From assembly GCA_030611765.1 (NCBI GenBank), contig JAUWPE010000002.1, forward strand, positions 1 to 49,055: 49,055 bases of DNA. Direction: 5' to 3'. Made by a program: the position numbers and the translations under genes. The DNA comes from Candidatus Cloacimonadota bacterium (GTDB taxonomy: Bacteria; Cloacimonadota; Cloacimonadia; JGIOTU-2). Shown here piece after piece: positions 1 to 9,159 of the stretch. Position 1 is the stretch's first letter. Each line of letters begins with the position of its first letter. Under the pieces are notes generated by a model that saw only the letters and a program-made list of their open reading frames with translations, had not been told where the DNA came from and searched no databases.

Positions 1-974
<974 letters not shown>

Positions 975-1027
975 TCAGAAAATACCTTAAATGAGTTCTG
1001 CAAAATAGTAAAATAATGATAAAAGTT

Positions 1028-1107
1028 GTCATTCTGAACGAAGTGAAGAATCTCTAACTCCCAAACATTTCGTTCATTATGAGATTCTTCGTTACACTCA
1101 GAATGAC
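1028..1107. repeat. Imperfect inverted-repeat hairpin element, related to the dispersed TCTTCACTTCGTTAC repeat family
   Basis: Arms gtcattctgaacgaagtgaagaatctc (1028-1054) and gagattcttcgttacactcagaatgac (1081-1107). The outer 10 and inner 9 nt pair perfectly around an 8-nt internal mismatch. The core aacgaagtgaaga matches the reverse complement of the repeat at 31711-31727. Confidence 0.6.
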
Positions 1108-1161
1108 AATTCTTGTGTAAATTTTGTAAAATATGCAATTTTGCAGATCTCATAAAATACC

Positions 1162-2133
1162 TTAATTTATTATTTTTGCTTTTTCTTTTAATTCTTCTGG
1201 AATTACTAAATTCAATTTTTGAGCTGTTTTTTCATTGATTATAAGAGTTCCCTTTTTGGTCATTACTATTGGAAGCCTGGAGGGTTTTACGCCGGAAAGA
1301 ATCTCTTTTGCCATGAGTGCGGCTTCCTTTCCTTGTTCATAACCGGATTGAGTATCTCCGCAAAGCACACCACCCTGAACCGAGAACTCTTCAAAACTGA
1401 AGGTGGGAAGCGTGTTGTTTTCCATCGTCCATTTCAGCACTTCTGCATCAGGGACACTTTCTTCAGAATCAACTTTCTTAAGAGTGAAATACATAAAAAT
1501 TCCCAGTGCATCAACTTCTGTCTGTATCTTTCTTACATACTTTTTCCACTCATCATAATCGTTAGTTTCAAAAACCTCATAAAGCTCAACCGGGAAATTC
1601 TCTTTTGTAAATCTGCTCACAGTCGCTTGAGAAGTGGGGCTATTATCAGTAATAATCGCTATAGTTTTAACTGACGGATCGAGTTTTTTCAAAAGATCGA
1701 TAGTGCCCGGAATGAGTTTGCGCTCAATAACGCCTGTAATATTTTTTGCAGGCATACCATATACTTCTGGGTCTTCATTGATGCCTGTAAAAACAAAGGG
1801 GAGTTTCTTATCAATAAACTGCTTAGCCACAAGCTGGCACGCATTATCATCACAGACAATAACAAGGTTGGGTTTGAAAGTTTTGATCTTCTGGAGCGCT
1901 TGGCCGGTAATATTCTTTTCCCATGTTTTGCTTGTCTTTCTTTTTGTATCCATATAAAAGGATTCGATGATGAGATTTTGATCACTGAAGACATCCTCAA
2001 TTCCCCTTTTCTCTTGCCGGCACCATTCATATTCGGGATGATAACTGTATATGACCAATAGCTTTTCAGGAGATTTCGAGCAGCTCATGATAGCAAGTAG
2101 AGCTGCGAATAAAAATATGATAATTTTTTTCAT
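1162..2133 (-). CDS. ABC-transporter-type substrate-binding lipoprotein (PF04392-like)
   Basis: Lipoprotein signal LLAIMSCS. The periplasmic-binding-fold pattern LLVIYSYHPEYEW...FVFTGINEDP...IAIITDNSPTS is typical of the ABC_sub_bind family. Ligand unknown. Confidence 0.55.
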   Translation of the reverse strand: MKKIIIFLFAALLAIMSCSKSPEKLLVIYSYHPEYEWCRQEKRGIEDVFSDQNLIIESFYMDTKRKTSKTWEKNITGQALQKIKTFKPNLVIVCDDNACQLVAKQFIDKKLPFVFTGINEDPEVYGMPAKNITGVIERKLIPGTIDLLKKLDPSVKTIAIITDNSPTSQATVSRFTKENFPVELYEVFETNDYDEWKKYVRKIQTEVDALGIFMYFTLKKVDSEESVPDAEVLKWTMENNTLPTFSFEEFSVQGGVLCGDTQSGYEQGKEAALMAKEILSGVKPSRLPIVMTKKGTLIINEKTAQKLNLVIPEELKEKAKIIN

Positions 2134-2214
2134 GATCTATTCTCCTTGCGTGATAACTTTTATCAATTTGTTAGTTTTGATTGTCAAGAGAATAGGTTCA
2201 TAAACAAACATAAT

Positions 2215-2245
2215 AAAAAAAGCCCGAAGATTGAAACTTCAGGCT
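2215..2245 (-). terminator. Rho-independent terminator after the S8 peptidase gene
   Basis: On the minus strand: agcctgaag-tttcaat-cttcgggct followed by T7. The stem is 9 bp with one G-U pair. Confidence 0.6.
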
Positions 2246-2281
2246 AAAAGTGTTTACTCTCAATACTGAATCTTACAAATA

Positions 2282-4375
2282 CTATTTCAGGATGAGCATT
2301 CGTTTTGTATCTGAAGTGTAATTACCTACCTCAAGTCTGTACAAATAAATACCACTAGGAACATTCCTGCCAAGATTATCTTTCCCATACCAGCAAACTT
2401 CATTTGTTTTACTTTGGCTCGATAGGTCATACTTTTTTACTAACTGTCCTTTAGCATTATAGATTTTGATATTCAATAATTCTGAAGTATCTTCGGGTAG
2501 TCGATACTTAATAGTAGTGGAGTATCTAAATGGGTTAGGGAAACATACTAAAAGCTCAGAGGTGGATTCATCTTGCTCTTCCATAATCCTTGTTTGGGGT
2601 GTTTCTGTTCCGCTTGTATCACTTGCCAAGGCCATCCCTAAAACAGTATAAGCATAGGTCGCATTACTCGCGGTCGTAGGAAACCAACCAATATATTGTC
2701 CAAGGGTATTATAAACCTTATACACATAGGTTTCAAGAGTTGCTGATGTAGATGTGATAGACTCTGGAACCACTCTGCACCACCCCATACCATAGTTGGG
2801 ATTTGCGAATGAAAATCCATTTGTCTCCACCCCTCTACCCCAAACATAGGGTGGAACATAAGAACATGTTCCAGGAAAAGTTACATCCTTTTGAACCTTA
2901 TGCCATTTTGCAAGATACATACCATTAGCGAGACCAGGGACATCAAAGAATAATCTAGTCTGGTAGGAAGAAGCTTGATCTACCACAGTACCTCCATTAG
3001 CTTCCCAGTGGTGAAGAGAATAAGCTGGAACAATGCTGGTGTGAATCAGTTTAAGTGCTTTATGAGCATTGATACGACCATAACCAACCTCAACATTCCA
3101 TCCATTTTCATCGTAATCATATAAATCTGTACGGATCTTATTTGAAGAAAGACTGATAATCTGTTCAATATCATCATTATAAAGGTTAGTTCTAAATCCT
3201 TTTAGAAGCCCAGCTAAACCTGAGACAAACGGGGTTGCCATTGATGTGCCAGATTTATCATCATAATAAGAACCCGTAGGGATACAACTCCAGATAGAAA
3301 CACCAGGCGCCACGACATCTATATGATTTCCCGTGCTAGAAAAGGTTGCTTTCACATCCCATTTATCTGTTGCACCAACTGCTATGATTCCCTGTCCAAA
3401 ACCAGCAGGATATTGAGTAACACCATCACCTTCATTACCCATTGCAACTACGGCAACTCTATTAAGTTTGTAGGCATTGGAAAAGGCTCGTCTAAGTGTA
3501 GTCGAATTGACGGGATTACCATTTTCATCTATCGCCCTCCAACTGTTATTGAGAATATGGCAGCCGGCATTCACGGCATCCATAATCTCATTGTAAACCT
3601 CAGGGGTGTCATCTCCATCAATTCTTTGAGAGTTTATCATAGCATTCCAATCAACACCGGCAACTCCTATATTATTATCTGTATTGGCAGCAGCAATACC
3701 TGCCACATGGAAGCCATGACCATTCCAACCCCAGCCAGCGTCACCGGTGACTTTTCCGCTTAAATCTTCGTGCCAGTTTTCCACACCTCCATCAATAATA
3801 CCAATTTTTATACCTGAACTGCCTTTGAAGATATTCCATGCTTCAGGAGCATCAATGTCTGCATCATCCGTGCCTCCACTTTGACCATAATTCCATAATC
3901 CCCATTGGTCTCCATTTTGAAAATGAGGGTCATTGGGATAAACCACAACTGGTTCCGGCATGCAATTAGGTTCTGCATATATTACTTCAGATAGAGTATC
4001 CATCTCAATGATAGCTGGTTGGACTTTTTCAGCCGAAGTAAGCCGAATTTTATAAACCTCAGACATATTTGCCAGTTTGACGGTATCACCTGTCTCTTCA
4101 ACAATTCCAAGGGTGTCTGCTAATTTGAATTCCGGAAAAGCTTTGATAATTAATTCAGTGTTATAATTCTCAAGAACTGAGCGCATCGTTGACGAAGTCT
4201 GAATCTCATCCAATGTAGAAGTATCTTCACCTTCCGGAAATATAAATGTTCCAGGTTTTACTTCAATAATAACCTCTCGATAAATTTCTTCGGGAGTGAG
4301 AGCAAAGGATAACAGAGCTGGAAATAAGCAACAAATAATGATTATGATAACCGAGTTTCTGAATTTTGTTGTCAT
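2282..4375 (-). CDS. Secreted subtilisin-family (S8) serine peptidase with T9SS-type C-terminal sorting domain
   Basis: Catalytic triad contexts IGIIDGGV (Asp), HGFHVAGIAAA (His) and SGTSMATPFVSG (Ser). N-terminal signal peptide. C-terminal FPNPF...IKIYNAKGQLV...GIYLYRL matches the Por/T9SS CTD pattern. Confidence 0.9.
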   Translation of the reverse strand: MTTKFRNSVIIIIICCLFPALLSFALTPEEIYREVIIEVKPGTFIFPEGEDTSTLDEIQTSSTMRSVLENYNTELIIKAFPEFKLADTLGIVEETGDTVKLANMSEVYKIRLTSAEKVQPAIIEMDTLSEVIYAEPNCMPEPVVVYPNDPHFQNGDQWGLWNYGQSGGTDDADIDAPEAWNIFKGSSGIKIGIIDGGVENWHEDLSGKVTGDAGWGWNGHGFHVAGIAAANTDNNIGVAGVDWNAMINSQRIDGDDTPEVYNEIMDAVNAGCHILNNSWRAIDENGNPVNSTTLRRAFSNAYKLNRVAVVAMGNEGDGVTQYPAGFGQGIIAVGATDKWDVKATFSSTGNHIDVVAPGVSIWSCIPTGSYYDDKSGTSMATPFVSGLAGLLKGFRTNLYNDDIEQIISLSSNKIRTDLYDYDENGWNVEVGYGRINAHKALKLIHTSIVPAYSLHHWEANGGTVVDQASSYQTRLFFDVPGLANGMYLAKWHKVQKDVTFPGTCSYVPPYVWGRGVETNGFSFANPNYGMGWCRVVPESITSTSATLETYVYKVYNTLGQYIGWFPTTASNATYAYTVLGMALASDTSGTETPQTRIMEEQDESTSELLVCFPNPFRYSTTIKYRLPEDTSELLNIKIYNAKGQLVKKYDLSSQSKTNEVCWYGKDNLGRNVPSGIYLYRLEVGNYTSDTKRMLILK

Positions 4376-4410
4376 TTTTTACCTCCATGGAGAGTATAAT
4401 TCTCCATTAA

Positions 4411-5337
4411 TTATTGGTCGTTTGGGCCAAAGGTTAATTGGCACTTATTTGTGCCGTCATCGTTCATAATCCATAGAGTTCCATTCTCCTGTGGATTATA
4501 AACCCAACAATCATATTGAGAGTAAACAATTTTTTCTCCACCCGGTGACCAGGCTGGTGTAATACCGCCTTTTGTAGTTAACTGCTGAGGATTACTTCCG
4601 TCTGCATCCATTACCCATATCTGAGGTGCTTCACCCTTTTCTTGAGAAGAAAATGCAATCTTTAAGCCATCAGGCGACCAGACAGGATATCTATTATCTC
4701 TATCATTTGAGAACAAAAGATTTTGATTAGCACCACTGCTGTCAGCTACATAAATTCCATTGTAAACAATGTAAACAATCTTTGTCCCATCAGGTGACCA
4801 TTCTGGGAAGTTACCATGTAAGACCCAGTGGTCATTACTTCCATCAGCATTCATAATCCATATTCCAGAAGGATGTCCTGCTGTGGCAATACTCTGGTCA
4901 TAAGCGATCTTAGTGCCATCAGGTGACCAATCCGGAAAGAATGTTCTTCGTCCGGACGTAAGCTGAGTTAAGCTATCTCCGTTTGATCTGATTTTACATA
5001 TATCAGTACCAGTACCCACAAAAGCAATCCACTCTCCATCTGGAGACCAGTCTGGAAGATCTCCTCCTTGAAGGAACATACGAGGATTTGAACCATCTGC
5101 ATCAATGAACCAAATGCCGGTAGAGTCCCTATCATAATTATATATACCGCTCGGAAGAATATATTTCATGTGGTAATGATGGTAAGCAATACTATTTCCA
5201 TCGGGTGAGAAGCAGGGACAATCATCAATTTGCGGATAGACAGTGGTGGGTGGTTCGGCATGACCTCCATCATCCCAACTGCAGCCGTTGAGTAATAATA
5301 GTAAAAAAACTACAAAGAATAATATTATTCTTTTCAT
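4411..5337 (-). CDS. TolB-like (PD40/WD40-like) beta-propeller lipoprotein, paralog 1
   Basis: Lipobox LLLNGCS. Repeated DWSPDG / EWSPDG / VWSPDG / AWSPGG blades. Confidence 0.75.
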   Translation of the reverse strand: MKRIILFFVVFLLLLLNGCSWDDGGHAEPPTTVYPQIDDCPCFSPDGNSIAYHHYHMKYILPSGIYNYDRDSTGIWFIDADGSNPRMFLQGGDLPDWSPDGEWIAFVGTGTDICKIRSNGDSLTQLTSGRRTFFPDWSPDGTKIAYDQSIATAGHPSGIWIMNADGSNDHWVLHGNFPEWSPDGTKIVYIVYNGIYVADSSGANQNLLFSNDRDNRYPVWSPDGLKIAFSSQEKGEAPQIWVMDADGSNPQQLTTKGGITPAWSPGGEKIVYSQYDCWVYNPQENGTLWIMNDDGTNKCQLTFGPNDQ

Positions 5338-5451
5338 ATCTTCCTCTTGACCATGTCAAATGAATTCTCCTCTTTTTCTTTGTCAAATAAAAATTTCAAT
5401 AGTTATCACAACTGTGTTTCTTATTTTTTGTGTCATTTTTAACTCCGTTCA

Positions 5452-6372
5452 TTATTGGCTGTTTGGGCCAAAGGTTAATTGGCACTTATTTGTGCCGTCA
5501 GCGTTCATAATCCAGAGAGTTCCATTCTCCTGTGGATTATAAACCCAACAATCATATTGAGAGTAAACAATTTTTTCTCCATCAGGTGACCATGTCGGGG
5601 TAATACCACCTTTTGTTGTTAACTGCTGCGGATTACTTCCATTAGCGTCCATTACCCATATCTGAGGTGCTTCACCCTTTTCTTGCGAAGAAAACGCAAT
5701 CTTTAAGCCATCAGACGACCAGACAGGATATCTATTATCTCTATCATTTGAGAACAAAAGATTTTGATTAGCACCACTACTGTCGGCCATATATATTCCT
5801 GAATAAACAATCTTAATCCCATCCGGTGACCAATCAGGACATCTTGCATAGTTTATTATTAAATGGTCATTACTTCCATCAGCATTCATAATCCAGATTC
5901 CACGAGGATACCCTTCTGTTGAAAAACTTTGGTCATAGGCGATCTTTGTTCCATCAGGAGACCAATCAGGAAAGAATGTTCTTCGTCCGGACGTAAGCTG
6001 AGTTAAGCTATCTCCGTTTGATCTGATTTTACATATATCAGTACCAGTACCCACAAAAGCGATCCACTCTCCATCAGGTGACCAGTCTGGAAGGTCTCCT
6101 CCTTGAAGGAAGATGCGGGGATTTGAACCATCTGCATCGATGAACCAAATGCCGGTAGAATCTCTATCATAATTATATGAACCACTCGAAAGAATATATT
6201 TCATGTGGTAATGATGGTAAGCAATACTATTCCCATCAGGTGAGAAGCAGGGACAATCATCGATCTCCGGATAGACAGGAGTTGGTGGTTCGGCATGCCA
6301 CCCATCATCCCAACTACAACCGTTGAGTAATAATAGTAAGAAATATACAAAGAATAATATAATTCTTTTCAT
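5452..6372 (-). CDS. TolB-like (PD40/WD40-like) beta-propeller lipoprotein, paralog 2 (tandem duplicate)
   Basis: Same architecture as 4411-5337. Near-identical at the protein and DNA level except for a central segment. Confidence 0.75.
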   Translation of the reverse strand: MKRIILFFVYFLLLLLNGCSWDDGWHAEPPTPVYPEIDDCPCFSPDGNSIAYHHYHMKYILSSGSYNYDRDSTGIWFIDADGSNPRIFLQGGDLPDWSPDGEWIAFVGTGTDICKIRSNGDSLTQLTSGRRTFFPDWSPDGTKIAYDQSFSTEGYPRGIWIMNADGSNDHLIINYARCPDWSPDGIKIVYSGIYMADSSGANQNLLFSNDRDNRYPVWSSDGLKIAFSSQEKGEAPQIWVMDANGSNPQQLTTKGGITPTWSPDGEKIVYSQYDCWVYNPQENGTLWIMNADGTNKCQLTFGPNSQ

Positions 6373-6552
6373 GTTTTTCCCCTTGTGGAGAATAAAATAA
6401 TTTTCTTATTTTGATTGTCAAGAGAATAGCTGTAAGATCATAAAATTAAGTCAGAAAAACTATCTGTAATGACAGTTAAAAGCATAATAATTACTTCACC
6501 AATTTTGCCTGATATATTTGACACTAACAACAGCTTGAAAAAGTTAGTGTGT

Positions 6553-7584
6553 ATGAAAACATATATAATTTTGATTTTTATATTATTGTCGATACCTGTT
6601 ACTATTAATGCATTCTCTCCTCCCTTGTTAACGGATGTGCAAGTGAAGATAGATCAGGAATATTTAATAGTATCTTATAATATTGATAATTTTCAAGACG
6701 GTATAAATATTGGAATTAATATCTTCAAGAAAATTTCCAAAAAGCTACTTCCAATCAAAAATGATAAAATGAAAGGCAATATTGGCATTATTTCACCAAA
6801 GGAAGACTATAAGATTTTAATCGACCTGAAATCATTGCCGGATGATTTCAATTTAGAACATTATGTATGCTTTCCAAAATTAACATTCAAGGGACGGATT
6901 TATTATGAAATGTTGAAGATTCCTAAAGGGAAACATCCTGCGGTTATAGAAGAGGATCTGATAGAACTTGAAAGGACAGGTGGATTTTATATTTCCAAAT
7001 TTGAAGTTTCAAACGAACAGTTTGCAGCATTTATCAATGATGATGGCTATGAGATTAAAGAATATTGGCTGGTCAAAGAAGGGGTAATGGAAAATCAGGA
7101 GGTGGGTTGGAATTTTCAAGGAAGGTTCAAAATGAGTGCGCCTTTTGAGTGGAACTTAGATGAAATGCCTTATTGGAAATCTGCTTCATCCAATTTTATT
7201 TATGACCCTGTTACAACTCTCAGGTGGTTTGAAGCTAATGCTTTTTGTAACTGGATGGGATGTTCTCTACCTGACCTAACTGAAATTTCAATCTGCTTTT
7301 CTTTTAATTCAGTGGAAAATGACACTGTTTACAATCCAGTTTGTTTAGAAATAAATGATGATGGTCAATTCCCATTACATTTTATCAAAAGCAATGTTTC
7401 TGAATGGTTAATTTTGAGTGTTGACTCTAACGCACCCCCTTGTGGTCCAGGCTGTAGGGAGATGTTTTATTTAAAAAACAACTCCCAGATGCATGATGAA
7501 TTTCCCATCAAAGGTATTTCCTGTCCATTATATCGCAATGAGATACTTGGATTTAGACTTTTAATTGTACCCTTAAAAAAATAA
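6553..7584 (+). CDS. Secreted protein with C-terminal formylglycine-generating-enzyme/SUMF1-like domain
   Basis: GGFYISKFEVSNEQFAAFI, RWFEANAFCNWMG and the C-terminal GFRL are hallmarks of the FGE-sulfatase fold. I chose the start at M29 (MKTYIILIFILL signal peptide) rather than track start 6469. Confidence 0.55.
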   Translation: MKTYIILIFILLSIPVTINAFSPPLLTDVQVKIDQEYLIVSYNIDNFQDGINIGINIFKKISKKLLPIKNDKMKGNIGIISPKEDYKILIDLKSLPDDFNLEHYVCFPKLTFKGRIYYEMLKIPKGKHPAVIEEDLIELERTGGFYISKFEVSNEQFAAFINDDGYEIKEYWLVKEGVMENQEVGWNFQGRFKMSAPFEWNLDEMPYWKSASSNFIYDPVTTLRWFEANAFCNWMGCSLPDLTEISICFSFNSVENDTVYNPVCLEINDDGQFPLHFIKSNVSEWLILSVDSNAPPCGPGCREMFYLKNNSQMHDEFPIKGISCPLYRNEILGFRLLIVPLKK

Positions 7585-7596
7585 ACAAATCCATCA

Positions 7597-8223
7597 ATGA
7601 GCCATAGCATTCGCATTACTAAATTTATTATTTTATCTTCATTATTGTTAATATTGTTTTCAGCTACCAAAGTTCATACACACCCGCACATGTTTATAGA
7701 TAATACAACAAACTGTATTTTTGACGATAATGGTTTTAAGGGATTTTGGGTGGAGTGGATATTTGATGATATGTTTAGCAGTTCAATATTACTTGATTAC
7801 GATATAGATAAAGACGGTTCTTTTAATAAAAATGAAAGCAAAACAATTTATGAAGAAGCATTTTCAAATCTCGTTAATTTCAACTTTTTGTATCATGTAA
7901 ACATAGACGGTGATGAATTAAACATCTCACAGGTTGATAGTTTTTGTGTTGATTATAAAGAAGGGAAACTGATATATTCCTTTTTTATTCCATGTAAGAT
8001 CGATGCAAAAGAAGAAGAAACTAAGATGATATTGCTGGTATATGATGAGACGTATTTTATTGATGTGACTACAGATATAACTATCGGTGTTAATCTTGTT
8101 GAAAATGAAAAATTTGAGTCATATATAAACATAGAGGACTGTATGTATAATGACGAGATGTATGGAGAACTCATGAGCCGGAGAGCAACTATAATTTTCA
8201 AGAAAAAATCTAATACAGAATGA
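7597..8223 (+). CDS. DUF1007-family periplasmic metal-binding component of a nickel/cobalt transporter
   Basis: A signal peptide followed by the HPHMFID motif is typical of DUF1007. The gene overlaps the NicO-like gene by 4 nt (ATGA). Confidence 0.7.
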   Translation: MSHSIRITKFIILSSLLLILFSATKVHTHPHMFIDNTTNCIFDDNGFKGFWVEWIFDDMFSSSILLDYDIDKDGSFNKNESKTIYEEAFSNLVNFNFLYHVNIDGDELNISQVDSFCVDYKEGKLIYSFFIPCKIDAKEEETKMILLVYDETYFIDVTTDITIGVNLVENEKFESYINIEDCMYNDEMYGELMSRRATIIFKKKSNTE

Positions 8224-9119
8224 TAAAAAAGGTTCTTGTTCTTGTAATTATTTTTACAATTTTCTTAACTGCAACAGCTTATTCTCAAAATCCGTTATTC
8301 GAAAATGACAGGTCGGGTGAAGAGAAAGTTGAGAAACAAGAAAAGGTCACCAAATATCCGGCATTTATCCACAAATTCATTCTGACGATCTCAAAACTTC
8401 AGAAAGTTCTTCAGCAAAAATTATCAAATTTAGCCAAAAGTATAAAAGAGAAACCCTCTATTGAAACATATTTTTGGTTAATTTTATTTGCATTCATCTA
8501 TGGTGTCATTCATGCACTTGGACCAGGACATGGAAAATTTATTGCGTTATCCTATTTTATGTCCGAAGGTGTTGAGATCAAGAAAGGAATTATTGTTGGT
8601 TCTTCTATTGCATTTTTGCATGCCGGATCAGGTTTTGCGGCTGTTATGATATTGTACAAAATACTGAATAGTTCGTATCTCAAGACAATAGATAATGTGA
8701 GCAGGCAGATACAATTGATCAGCTATGGTCTTATTGCATTGGTGGGTCTTGTATTGCTCATCAAAAATATATTTCTTAACAGACAATCTAAAATCTCTAA
8801 CGATATTTCAGGGAAAGGTATGCTTTCCATGATCCTGGCAATCGGACTTGTTCCCTGTCCGGGTGCAGTAATCCTGACACTATTTTCCATATCAATAAAC
8901 AGCATTCACCTTGGTGCACTAATGGTTCTGGCAATGGCAGCTGGTATGGCTTTGACTATCTCAATAATTGGAATTGTTACTATACTACTGAAAAAAGGAA
9001 CACTTGGAATTTTTACTTCGCAGAGCGAACTTCAATGGAAATTAACAAAGGCAATTCAGATTTTTGGCTCTTCAGCAATCGTTTTAATTGGAGCGTTACT
9101 TTATTTTTCTAATATGTAA
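8220..9119 (+). CDS. NicO/RcnA-family nickel/cobalt transporter permease
   Basis: Signature HALGPGHGK and a second motif GLVPCPGA. Multi-TM protein. Confidence 0.8.
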   Translation: MIKKVLVLVIIFTIFLTATAYSQNPLFENDRSGEEKVEKQEKVTKYPAFIHKFILTISKLQKVLQQKLSNLAKSIKEKPSIETYFWLILFAFIYGVIHALGPGHGKFIALSYFMSEGVEIKKGIIVGSSIAFLHAGSGFAAVMILYKILNSSYLKTIDNVSRQIQLISYGLIALVGLVLLIKNIFLNRQSKISNDISGKGMLSMILAIGLVPCPGAVILTLFSISINSIHLGALMVLAMAAGMALTISIIGIVTILLKKGTLGIFTSQSELQWKLTKAIQIFGSSAIVLIGALLYFSNM

Positions 9120-9159
9120 CGGCACTATCCTTAAATATTATTTTGTTATTACAATAGTA

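Noticed and set aside
6469-6552. Long N-terminal extensions of track ORFs (6469, 14230, 20909, 24946, 28543, 29591, 30887, 33657, 43535)
   Set aside because: Internal starts give proper signal peptides, Shine-Dalgarno spacing or homology-consistent N-termini. The extensions overlap hairpins, operators or upstream genes.
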